A stretch of 64,000 bases of DNA from Mytilus trossulus. Its lineage: Eukaryota. Below the pieces are notes generated by a model. It searched no databases. It had not been told where the DNA came from and saw nothing but the letters and a program-made list of their open reading frames with translations. The stretch covers positions 47,678,001 through 47,742,000 of the forward strand of contig NC_086379.1 in NCBI RefSeq assembly GCF_036588685.1. The letters are read 5' to 3'. Positions 52,704 through 64,000 of the stretch are shown here, piece by piece; position 1 is the stretch's first letter, and each line of letters begins with the position of its first letter. Made by a program: the position numbers and the translations under genes.

Positions 52704-53230
52704 GGCGTCACACATCAGCATATAGCTTCGACGTACACCGGGCGTGTTGAAAACTCATGTACGCTGCCAATGCGCTAGTAATTTTGGATGCACTCAACCA
52801 GTCAATCATATCTGTAACGTGTGCACAACGAGCTTTAACCGTGTATTTGGCGTACGAAAAGCGTATCTAAGCGTTTATCGGACGTTTAAAAAACGTATGT
52901 TGGCGTATGCCTGGCGTTTGTGTAACGTAGATGGAATGCATGTTACGAAGGAAAAAAGTTTTTTGAACGTATTTTAGACGCGTTCCGGTCTTGTCTTGGA
53001 CGTTCTATTATCAGGTGTTTGTTACAAACGCACCCGCATACGTTTTAGTTCAAGTCGAACGATCTTGAAGCGTATACAATGTGCCACAAACGTGTTCCAA
53101 ACTTATATGTAGCTCGTTAAATGCGATTGTAGCGTATGTATAACGTGCATGAAGCGTACAGGTATACGCTAGACACATGCTTGAGCCGGATGAATTTTTT
53201 ATGCTGGTCTATTCGTCAATGTGTGACGCC
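52704..53230. mobile_element. MITE with GGCGTCACACAT TIRs and CGT-rich interior (Harbinger-like)
   Basis: ggcgtcacacat (52704-15) / atgtgtgacgcc (53219-30); dense gcgta/aacgt motifs inside. Confidence 0.7.
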
Positions 53231-53820
53231 GGCATTATCCATAAATTGACAGCAGGGCCAGTTATATTGCCGATTTTAAATCCGACGCCTTTTGAATAGA
53301 TAATGCGACGCGATATGCACGTAAAAGAATAAGCAACAAATGTTGAGGGCTCCATAAGAGGTTCATGTATATTGCATGATTTCTGTCCCAATCAAAAATA
53401 GGATTATTTTCAAATGGTAGTTCAAATTGCTCGCCCATAAATTCTGACGTCATGTATTGCAAATCCTATCTGTATTGTATTCATACATTGGTATTTACAG
53501 TTTCTCGCCCTGAATGTACATGTCATAACTATATAATCTACATTTGTCGATTAGCAAGCAACAGTTAATAAATCAATCAATCGCTGTAATAATTATAGTA
53601 GTTTTATTATTACCCCAAAATATTCCGAAACGACGAACAATCATTGAAAGTTTTTATGTATTACGAAGTAAACGTAAATTGGACACTGGTAAATGCTTCA
53701 TTCATATTCATAGAAAGAAGAGGCAGTAAATCAAATAAATAGGTTCTGCAAAGTGACTTAACTCGGCTAAATGGCTGAAAATAAACTCATCATAGATACC
53801 AGGATTTCAATTTTATATAT

Positions 53821-53864
53821 GCACTAGACGCGCGTTTCGTCTACAAAAGACTCATCAGTGACGC
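53821..53864 (-). ncRNA. Minimal type I hammerhead ribozyme within a retrozyme-like repeat (53783-53975)
   Basis: Minus strand GCGUCA-CUGAUGA-GUCU(UUUGU)AGAC-GAAA-CGCGCG-UC-UAGUGC: intact CUGAUGA and GAAA cores, stem II, palindromic stem III, GUC cleavage triplet; stem I imperfect. Confidence 0.8.
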
Positions 53865-54194
53865 TCGAATGTAAAAAAGGTGAAAAATGCCAAACAAAGA
53901 ACGAAGTTGAAGAGCATTAAGGACCAAAAGTTCCTAAAAGTTTTCCCAAATTCTGCTAAGGTAATCTATTCCGAGGTAATCTACATTGTATTTCTGAGGG
54001 AAACTTCGACAGTAAATAAGCATCTGATTTAACGACCTTAGTACAAAAGCGGACGCCCCTTTTCACATAGTTTTTCCAGTCAGTCGGTGGAATTTCTGGG
54101 TGACTCCAAATTTAAAAGAGTGTTATGTATAAAACATTTTCCATCAATTTAATTCATAAACAAAATATATATCATAAGGTTATAATTGATTTTT

Positions 54195-54523
54195 AAAGGT
54201 ACCAGGCTTATAATTTTATACGCCGACGCGCGTATCGTCTGCATAAGACCCATCAGTGCTCAGATAAAAAAAGTTTGAAAAACGAAACCAGGACAACGTT
54301 GAAGAGCGTTGAAAACCAAATATTCCAAAAATGTTGTGTCAAATACGGCTTGAGCAACTTTTGTTTTGGATAAGAAAATCATTAAGTATTTCGAATAATT
54401 CATACTTTTGCAAACAGTAAATTTATAAAAATGACCACATACTTGATATTCATGTCAACACCGAAGTGCTGACTACAAGGTTTGTGATACCCTCGGGATG
54501 AAACGTTCACTAGCAGTGGCATT
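54195..54523 (-). mobile_element. Second retrozyme-like repeat copy with mutated hammerhead core
   Basis: Same layout, but the cores read CUGAUGG and GAUA (~54220-54260). Confidence 0.7.
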
Positions 54524-55512
54524 ATAAAAAATATAATGTCAATAACGCAATGTAAAAAAATGTTCTCTATTTTTTCTACTACACATTTTTCAATTTCCCC
54601 AATAAGTTTGTATAAAGCAATTTGCTCTATGAAGATTTAAAAAAAGTTATTTACAAGCTTCAAATTATTCTAGTCTTCATTAATTGTTATTGAAAACTAA
54701 CTTGATAAAAATCAGTCGTCGAGTAACTTTGATAGTTATCAAATGTACCAGGATTATTATGATGAAATGGATGCACGAGATTAGCATTAAAATATTAGCA
54801 AATCTGTTCGTAGCTTTATAAATACAAACAATCAAATGCGTTCATGTTTATTTAAAAATTTGCTCCATTGCCTCTCAAAAAAATGAAGTTGCATAGACAA
54901 AAATATTTTTATACAATGCTTCCGTGCCTATCAAACATCACCTTTCATCCTGAAGGCTACAGGAACTAGACATTAATATCTGGTGTAGATGTTTCTCAAT
55001 GTGTATTGTTATTGGTTTTCCCCTCTGGAAACCGTCAATGTCAACACTTTATAACTCAGATGGTTAATTAGTGGAGAGATTTTACGATCCAATGCCCATT
55101 TTACTAACTATGTCCTGTAAGTGCTTATAAAGGAAGTGTGTTTAAAACGGACGATTAAACGCTCCTGGTTAGCTGTCAAAGCGTCTGTTAAATTGCCTTC
55201 AAGGATACTTCTCATTCGACAATTACCATCTTTATCTGTTAGCAGTTTCTACATTTCTCGCTAAATCCCTCTTTCTATTTGTTGAACGTTAGGAATCATT
55301 GTTAGTAGAAAAGTATAACAAAAATACCGAACCCTACAGCAAATGTAAAATGGAAAAGTCCATAACAACAGACGAGATCGAAATTTTTCAATCAAAAGTA
55401 CAAAACGAGCAATTGAATTAATTTTTTAGTTTTATTAAATAACAAAATCTCATACTTCCATGAGGTAGCTGAACATCCAGTAGCATGTATGCCATTCTTT
55501 ATTTTGAACTAA

Positions 55513-57291
55513 TAAGGCCGTGTACAAACGTGTTTACAATTAGTTTAATGTAAAGGACACTGGTTTCACATTAAATTTGTTCACATCTATACACCTTGTT
55601 TAATTACCTGTACATCAGATTTGTTCACACTTGTAAACTATATGTCATTTAAATGTTCATTACGTAGAACCGAATTCAAAGTTTTCGGACAAATTTTCTA
55701 GCAGCAAGGGAACGACCATTTGACTTCAAAAAGGGGGGATGGAAATATTCAGATCCCAAATTTGATTAAAAACAAATCTGGTCGTATAGATGATAAAAAA
55801 ATATTCTGAATCAAGAATTTCCCCATATGGGCTATAGATTTTTTTCAGCACAAATTTTGGTGACAAGTCGAAATCAATTTAAGCATTATATAAAGAGGCA
55901 GCTGAGGGTGAAACAAACGCATTTTTTTTCAGGGCCAAAAACTGGAAACATTTTTTTTTCAGGGCCATAACTGGAAACAATTTTTTTTTAAAGCAAAATC
56001 CATAGCCTACCACCCCACCTCCTGCCTTTATGTTTTATACTCAACTATAATACCCCCTCCATCGAAAATCAATTGGTTGCTGCCTTATAGGTACGGAAGT
56101 GATGCTGTTTTGAGTCTTGATCAGGTGTTAATAAAGTACACGTTAATTTTTTTAAACAAAAAAAAAAGTCAAATTTAGACAACAATTTCTGTAAAGAACT
56201 ATACTAATAATTATCATAAATATCAGTTTTACTCAAAAAAGTTTCCTCCTTAAATATATACACGGTAAAACTAATGTCCTAAATGCCTAGTTTTGTGTAC
56301 ACTTAACCTACACAAGGCCTATATTGACTATCGACTGTGTGTAGAATTAAACATGATTTAAACTACATGTAAACATGGAGTTTTATCAATGGGAACGCAA
56401 TTTTGTTTAGTTTATGTGTAAGGCCGTGTTCACACCAAACGCCGTGTAGAGTAAACATGTTTACAATTAGTTTAGTGTAGTGTACACTGATTTTACATTA
56501 CATTTGTTCACATCTATACACCTTGTTAAGCTATCTGTACATAAGATTTGTTCCCACTTGTAAACTATATGTCATTTAAATGTTCATTACGTAGAACTGA
56601 ATTCAAAATTTTTAGAAATTTTTTCTAGCGGTAAGGGAACAACTTTTTGACTTCAAAAGGGGGGTGGGGGATGGGAATGGAAATATTCCGATCCCCAATT
56701 TGATAAAAAAAAAATGGTCATACAGATGATAAATTTTTTTATTCTGAATCAAGAGTTTCCCCATACATTATAGTGTTAAATATTGAAAAAAAGGTATTTG
56801 ATCACCAGCATTAAAAAAAAACCAATAAAAACGTACGCGCGAAAAAAATCTGACTCAGATAAAAAAAAATAAACCTCCCCCTTTTTTGAAGTTAAGTGGT
56901 TGCTACTTTATGAAAGCCATTTTTATAATTTGCAGTAGTTTGAATTTACTAGAGATGGCTCGATAATGCATTAGAAAACGTTAGCTGCAACAGCGTGCTT
57001 ACAGCTGAAAAAAAAAGGATTGAGATATTAGGGATCACTACATTTTTATCTTTTCTGTTCGTTTCAAATGGTATTTCTTCTCCAAGGAGTATTTGGTAAA
57101 GGAATAAGGTAACGTTTTTTTTTAATTTATTTTACGTGTTATTTAACGGATCTGAGATACTAAACTAACATATCATTTACCTCACACTTTTTTTAGTCAT
57201 GCATTTATGCGTGAATCGTTTTTTGAGTAAAGACCAGTGGCCATTTCTATTTATCAGTTTTATCAATGGGAACGCAATTGTGTTTAGTTTA
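55513..57291 (+). repeat. ~900-bp local tandem duplication, each unit carrying a MITE (55708-56084, 56635-56906)
   Basis: taaggccgtgt...tcccccata at 55513-55826 and 56419-56765; agttttatcaatgggaacgcaatt at ~56379 and ~57256. Confidence 0.8.
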
Positions 57292-58048
57292 AGTATGAGT
57301 TACACTAACACAACACCGAATTTAGGTCAATGTGAATATCAATTAGAATTAGTAAAAATACAATGTAGTATACCATAAGGCTATAAGACGGAGTGTTTGA
57401 TACACACACAGAGGCTGATAAAGTATGTCAAATATTTACCAAAATGCAGAATTAAACTTCTCTAACTTATGGATGTATTACCTCAGTACATAAGCTGTTT
57501 TTGCAAAACGTTTCAGAATATTTGTTCCTCAAAGGTATTACACTTCGTATTTTATAATTTATCAATTTGATTTGAGCGTCACTTGTGTTACTTTTCAAAA
57601 GGTAACACAATTCTGATGTACAAAATTGTAAGCCCTTTTAAATGTTTAAGATCTATGATGATATTATCTAGCAACACATTTTGAGAATTGTATTTAGTAA
57701 ATAGCGCTATTTTGTTCTTATTAATAAACTGCAAACCAAACCTTCAATAAATAAATACATAAAGATGATGTGAGAATAAAATTCCAATATAATTCTTCCC
57801 CCCACAAGTTTACAAACAACAAGTAAAATTAAATTAGGGTTCACCAAATGTATTGATGGCTGCATTAAAACACACACATCCCCAATACTGTTTTTACGAT
57901 TCTTGCCCTATTTTTGATGTTGACGTTACTCTCACATTTTGTCACTACTTTTTTTGCTTTGTTTTACTCTCAATTGTTTGCTTTGTGGATGTATACCTTG
58001 CCAGATAAGAGAATATAGTTATCAAAGGTACCAATATTATAATTTAGT

Positions 58049-58086
58049 ACGCTAGACGCGCGTTTCGTCTACATAAGACTCATCAG
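58049..58086 (-). ncRNA. Truncated hammerhead motif (cores intact, 5' strand of stem I missing)
   Basis: Minus strand CUGAUGA-GUCU(UAUGU)AGAC-GAAA-CGCGCG-UC-UAGCGU; homology stops immediately upstream of CUGAUGA. Confidence 0.7.
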
Positions 58087-58532
58087 AGAAGTTATACATA
58101 AAATTCATCAACATAAACGAATAATATGATTTAGAATATATTGTCACTTACAATAAAGACAAATATATTTGATGACCATAACTTGATGAACCGTAATACA
58201 TTAGCTTGACATATGGTATTTACTAATGGACCTTATGAATTGTTATTTTCAGATTTAATTTATTTCTCTTGAAAATTAGCAAAGATAAACATCTTACAAA
58301 CTAATTGTAATAATCTTTTAATTCCTATTTCTGTTTGAATAGTGAAAGTAGTCCAAAATACAAACATTGAAATAACACAGAATCAACAGATAACTATAAA
58401 AATTGATATAGTAGTTTGAAAATAACTTTTAATCTATATAATGGTTTCAAAGTAAATAAACAATATAATTGACCTTTCGACCAGAAGAGTTTACGTGTAT
58501 TACGCTGCACATAAAGATAGTCCAGATTTTAG

Positions 58533-59032
58533 ATGTTTTCATGCCGTTGATTGTATCAGACCCTGTTTTTAAATGTATTGGAATTGGATTAAAATTGAGA
58601 GTTCACGTCACGTTAATGACAAGTCTAAAAAGAGAGATGTGTTGAATACGTCAATGAAACAGTATTCCATTGAAAATCAAAACTAAAAAAAAAAGACACG
58701 TAAATATTAGACATGTGCAGTGGCCTTAATTGTAGTTTGTTTGATTGGTGAATTAGAAAACACAATTGCTGCAGTCATTTGGTCTTTGATGAAATCTTTT
58801 GGTGATCATCTGTCTTATTTTGATATCATAGATAATATGAGACTATTAATATCATATTTGTTTTTATTGTAGGTAAATCGGATGAAGAAAAACCAGTAGG
58901 TTAGTATGTTTGATCATTACGAGAATAAATCAAAATTCATCTTGAAAATATTTTGGCACCGGTTTAACATGTTTTCAATGCCGTTGATTGTACCAGACCC
59001 TGTTTTTAAATGTATTGGAATTGGATTAAAAT
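58533..59032 (+). repeat. ~63-bp direct repeat flanking the micro-exon (58533-58595, 58969-59032)
   Basis: atgttttc(a)atgccgttgattgtaYcagaccctgtttttaaatgtattggaattggattaaaat occurs twice. Confidence 0.9.
58873..58899 (+). CDS. 27-bp symmetric micro-exon of the membrane protein (G-KSDEEKPV)
   Basis: tttttattgtag| ... g|gttagt; phase 1-1; in frame with both neighbours. Confidence 0.7.
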   Translation, partial: VNRMKKNQ

Positions 59033-59529
59033 GAATAGTTTAAACTAAGATGGGGTTAGAAAAGTTAGGATCTTATGACGAATCTTTCAACTTTTTGATC
59101 TTCCATCGACAACTCCTATTATAGAGCACACGTACAGTCATGTTTAACACAATGAACCTACACGTGCTTTAACAATTAGGATACATTTCATGTCACTGAT
59201 CTTAATTAATTTTACCAAAGCCTCTAATTACATTACAGGACAAGAACCGTCATATTTCGTCTGGATAATGTGGTACTAATTAATTAGCCATGTTAATCGA
59301 TCAAAAACAATAGAAAAGAACTACATTTATATTAAGCGTAGACGAGGAGTACGCCGAATTTATCACTTAACCAATCGTTTTACTTGAAAATATACAAATG
59401 TGCAAAAACATAGTGCAACATGCGTATTCTATACAATTAAAGACTCTATAATGGTCTTGTACTTTTGTTACATGCATAGCAGTATCTAGAATACTCTACA
59501 TTACAAGCGAATTTTAACTCAAAGGCGTT

Positions 59530-59645
59530 TAAGTTATAGTTATACACCGAGGGAAAGGTATGTCTGGATAAGAAACCCCGTCGGCCGGAGGCCGTAGGGG
59601 TTTCTTATCCAGACATGCCGTATCCCGAGGTGTATAACTAACTTA
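59530..59645. mobile_element. Fold-back hairpin element 7 (~116 bp)
   Basis: atgtctggataagaaacccc / ggggtttcttatccagacat arms; cap CGGCC-GGA-GGCCG. Confidence 0.88.
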
Positions 59646-60650
59646 CACCCTATTCTAAACTCTATATTGTTAACATTGATTATCTAATGAAAAAAAAAGA
59701 TAGCATATGTTTTATTGACAATATCAAACCATGATTTATAAGATTTTGTTGTTATTACATGAAAACCCACTAGTAACCTTTTTGGTTGTCTTCGTTCACA
59801 CTTTGACAAGTGAGTATGTTTTACCAATGTCAAGGTTGTTTTGCATATTCCAAATAAATCCTTGGGTTGATATGGATCAGCAGGTCAAGGTTTACCGTAT
59901 CGTGTATTCATATTAAAAACAAAAAAACACGTCATGCTCCTTGTATACAGTTGTCAATATGGAAAGGTATGAGACGGACGACATTAATTAGCAAGCGTTG
60001 GATTTGGTAGATGAGACTTATTTAAAAGATAAAGGCAATATTATAACCCAAAGTACTTACCTGTATCAGTTTAATAAAGGTAATCATAACTATATTTTCT
60101 ATCTTACGGTGTTATGGGGGGAAAAAGCCCCCCCTCTTCTCGAGAATGAATACACATTCATATTCGGACCTACAAAGGGATAAGTGTGTCTGCAATAGAA
60201 ACCCGACTTCCAGGCACGCTCAGCATACAAAGATACAGATTAAATATTTCGTAACTCCCTCTTTTGCGGAAGAGGGGCTGATCCAGCTGGGGTTCCCAAC
60301 TAAAAGAAAGGGGTCGGGGTTCCAATAAGTCAAATAAATTGATCTTTTAAATCTGGTCCGACCCCGCGCGGAACCCCTACCCCGGATCGGCCACTGGATA
60401 ACGGGGGGGGGGGGGGGGGGGTCGAGAGTTAAAATCACCCTTTTTATAATAGAAATATATGAATGGGATAAAAATAAATATTACTTTCAGCAAAGGAGTA
60501 ATTGAAGGATATTTTTTATTTAAAATAAATGCTTAATTTTTTTTCCTTATTGGAATTTCCTTAAATATTTTTTTTTAATATCTTAAAAGAATTTGTAATG
60601 AACACTGTAAGTAATTTCTTCTGTTCATAATATTTAAAGAATAATCAATT

Positions 60651-60764
60651 TCTATTGTTACGAATAACAATAGACTTTGTTTGCGGGATGTAGAAGCAGG
60701 GGTTTCCAGAAACCCCGCTTGTCACAGCCTGTGGTCAAAATCCATTGTTATTCGTAACAATAGA
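60651..60764. mobile_element. Fold-back hairpin element 8 (~114 bp)
   Basis: Perfect 21-bp outer arms tctattgttacgaataacaat / attgttattcgtaacaataga; cap ggggtttc-ca-gaaacccc. Confidence 0.8.
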
Positions 60765-61322
60765 TCTATTCAATTTACACGTGTTTCAAAAATAGAAACT
60801 GTGAAGTATAACAATAGAGCTGGGGTGTAACCTATTGTTGTCGTGGAAGTATTGCATCGTCAATATAATACTTTTATTATTTACGTCATAGATCAAGTTG
60901 GTGTTTTCTTTGGTGTCTGTGTGTGAATGAAATAACACTTTACGAATTTGATGCGTCTGGATCGGTTTTCTGGATATTCTATCTGTAGCTACGCTCAATC
61001 CCTTAGATTAAACATGAAACCCAAAGAGATGTACTCTAATGTACTTCAGAAGAAAATCCAACTTTGCTTTAATAGTTTGAATCGTGTGTAATTATTATCA
61101 AACTATTTGAACATAGGGAGACCTGAATGTGCTCCTCGATGACGTGATATTGATGTACATCGCGATTTGTCCAATATTTGCAACATATTCTGTGCTCCGT
61201 ATGCAGCTAATGCAAAAGAAGTTTCTTCCTAAAAAGAATAATTCTGTTGATCATAATAATAAGCGAGTTTCTCTTCTGAAAATGAAATTTAACCCTTGTT
61301 TAGAAGAATACATGCTATTTGG

Positions 61323-61360
61323 GGTTCTATACGTATATATATATATATACGTATAGAACC
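61323..61360. repeat. Perfect 38-bp palindrome centred on (TA)n
   Basis: ggttctatacgtatatata|tatatatacgtatagaacc. Confidence 0.95.
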
Positions 61361-62386
61361 TATTATTTTGAAATTCGGTATTGTACATATTTTTAGAATT
61401 GCCAATAATTTATTAAATTCCAGAACAGAGATCTGTGGACACATGGTTCTAATTAGTCCAAAAGCACCTAGAGTTATAAAAATTATTTTCAATAACGAAA
61501 TCATTATTATTCGATTTTCCAATTATACATCTTAGATATTAGAGTAATCACTACACATTCTCATTAAAGAGGACATCTTACTTTCGATTTACAACATTGC
61601 TTCTCATGTTAGTAACGCTTCGCTAACACAGATCAGACACCACTAACTTTCGTCGGATAAATATTAGATCAACCAATATCAAGGTCTTCAAATGAAGGTC
61701 GAATTGAGCTTTGTAGGATTATGGTACAGATCTGAAAGTGCAGAGGGGACACACATTTTGTATTCAAAAGTTAATGAGTATACTTATTCAGTGTTGCTGG
61801 TTATGTTTAAGTTTCACAAACTGAGGTCAACAATATTTTGAACTACAGCTGCAAAATAATCATATTGATAACAATCATCTTTTACTCTTTTTTTTATAAA
61901 TTAAGAAGGAAAACAAATCTTTGTTCAAGTCAGTGAGCCCTTCATAATGAATAAATTTCACAATGGAAGCAAATTGTATATTCATACACTTAAGTATTAA
62001 GCTATAAAGGTTGAACAAAAATACCGAACCCAAAGGTAAACTCAAAGAATGAGATATTATAATTTAAAAGCTCGAAAACAGCTGTCATATTTCATACTTC
62101 TGCATAAAACAGTTCTTCACAAATGCTACTATTATTGTTTTAGTTCAACACAATACTCTTTCATTTGAAGTCTTTGTTTTGCCATGACGTTCCTCACAAT
62201 TTTATTTCATTCACATCTATGCCATTCAAAAGTTTATGTTTGAAAGTTCCTGATGTTAAATATGCAAAAGCGACTAGGACGCACGTCATTTATCATTTCC
62301 TTATTATAGTTGACATCTTTAGCTTTACATGTATCAGTACCTTTCTATCAGTGCACCACTTTTATTTATAATCTTTTATGTTTCAG

Positions 62387-62517
62387 TGCTTTTTAAAACA
62401 AGTAGGATATCGGGCAGTATAAAGATCATCCAGGGACCATTTTCTGTATATACATCATCATTAAAAGACTCCAAATCGGAGGCGTATCGTTATTTTTCAA
62501 ATAGTTTCGTTTATAAA
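62387..62517 (+). CDS. SEA-domain N-terminal exon of the type II membrane protein
   Basis: Acceptor ttttatgtttcag| phase 1; VLFKTSRISGSIKIIQGPFSVYTSSLKDSKSEAYRYFSNSFVYK fits the SEA start pattern (G.hxI...Y...L.D..S..Y/F...F); donor |gtaagt, phase 0. The gene continues beyond the window. Confidence 0.8.
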
Positions 62518-64000
62518 GTAAGTAATTGTATTATCTAGTTCATATACATCGTTTTTAATAGGATTGTGTATACATTTCACAAAGAAAGCAATGGTTATAT
62601 CAAATAGTTTCTCTTATATTTGCATTTTTTCACATTTCCTAACAAATGGTAAAAACACAAATTACTCCTCAATAGGGAAATAATTTGCATTTATTCGTGG
62701 ATTGCCTATACCGACAAATTTACCCCAAAGTTGAATCCAACGAAAATGAATCCACGGTACCTTAAAACATAAGTTCAAACGTTATTTATAACATTTCAAC
62801 TATAGAGTGAAGTTTTGGAAACAAGGGCTTAAGTTATACACCAAAATCTTGAAAAACATTTGTAGTGCTTCTTGTTAATGATCGCTGTTATATACATCCA
62901 AAATGACAAGACATTTTTGTAAATAATAATAAGTTTTATGACGAGATTAGTATATGACATTGTTTACCAATGTACGTTAACTTTGTTATTTGCATTCTTC
63001 ATCTATAGAAGCCTATACCATATTGATTCTCAGAAATTGGTCTCTTATCTGACTGATGAAACTTTGCTTATTTAGCAATAATAAGCATCTGAAAGACAGT
63101 GTTACCCACTCATGGTTATTTACATGCAAAATAAAAACGGATACGGAGTCAATTGCTTCTAGATTCCGAATGGATTGTTCAGTAAACACTACTGTCGGAT
63201 TCATCTCGCGTTTTGGCATCAGATGGTTTATTAGTAGTGGGTGGATGGGTAATTGTTTTTATTAAAGTAGACTGTAAATTTAATTTGTATCTGTTACAAT
63301 TCTCTTCAAATAACAATATAAAGTAAGATGATGTCAATTGCGTCCAAACACGGAAATAAAACATTGAAATATACATGAATGTCTATTTGATTTACGACAT
63401 TATTTGACGTATTGTGATTGGAGTATTAGAAAATAGATGTATGTAATGCAAATAAAGAATAATTGATGAACTATGTCGTAAGGGTTTTTGTTTCACGATA
63501 TCGTATGTATGACGTCATTAAATTCATTGAAAAGATTAAGGTAGCAATGATTCATAGATAATATTTTGACACGGGTCAAATTGTGCAATTTCAATTAAAT
63601 TATTCTTTTATATCATAAGATATTGTGATAAAAAAAACCAATCAATCAGTACATTAAACTTGACTTGTATTCATAGACTTTCTATTTACGGCCACGTGTC
63701 GATATCAACTCTTTTATTTTGAATTATTTATCCTACTGTGAAATTTTCGCACAATGATATGCAATAATGATTATCTATATATATATTCACGAATGACATT
63801 TCTATTTTTAATGTTCGGTCGTTAGCTATTGCCATTTAAAAGCAAAATGTAGATTTGAAAGTTACAATCCTTTATAGCTCTCTATTTCATATAAAAGCTA
63901 TTATCAATTTATCACTGAGTTAAAATATATATATATCTGAAACATGTGAAACAGTTGAGATGATTATATGAATTATGTATTCAAAGAATCACAGATTTAA

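Noticed and set aside
60403-60421. Poly-G/poly-C tracts (also 13292, 42635, 49016) as G-quadruplex elements
   Set aside because: Simple homopolymers, mostly within MITE ends; no independent sign of function, and their lengths are unreliable.
60786-60998. Minus-strand ORF containing HQIRK, reminiscent of a tyrosine-recombinase HxxR motif next to a hairpin
   Set aside because: Only 70 aa, with no other catalytic motifs at recognisable spacing; probably chance.
8642-63376. Remaining 60-130 aa ORFs in the track
   Set aside because: AT-rich F/I/L/Y/K-biased composition, often non-ATG starts, no domains or splice support; expected by chance.

Overview
AT-rich eukaryotic DNA, probably a bivalve mollusc (Mytilus-like; inferred from repeat and gene types, not proven). 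(1) A near full-length LINE (895-6063; L1-type ORF1, APE+RT ORF2, (TCAT)n tail, 11-bp TSD) is nested in a non-autonomous Helitron (247-6121). (2) Both lie upstream of the last three exons of a tandem death-domain gene (6872-8616), probably inside one of its introns. (3) A large intron-rich gene for a type II membrane protein with a SEA domain begins here (exons 50208-50448, 58873-58899, 62387-62517; candidate first exons at 13579 and 25177). (4) The rest is dense in non-autonomous elements: a CACTA, a Transib-like long-TIR element, MITEs, SINE-like repeats, hammerhead-ribozyme repeats and minisatellites. Two observations stand out. First, nine 110-180 bp fold-back hairpins from eight sequence-unrelated families share GC-rich mini-hairpin caps, and most carry symmetric tandem GA/GA (or TC/TC) mismatches, which suggests selection on folded single-stranded structure. 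Second, LINE ORF1 and ORF2 are in the same frame, separated by one UAG, with no AUG before the endonuclease domain, which suggests stop-codon readthrough.
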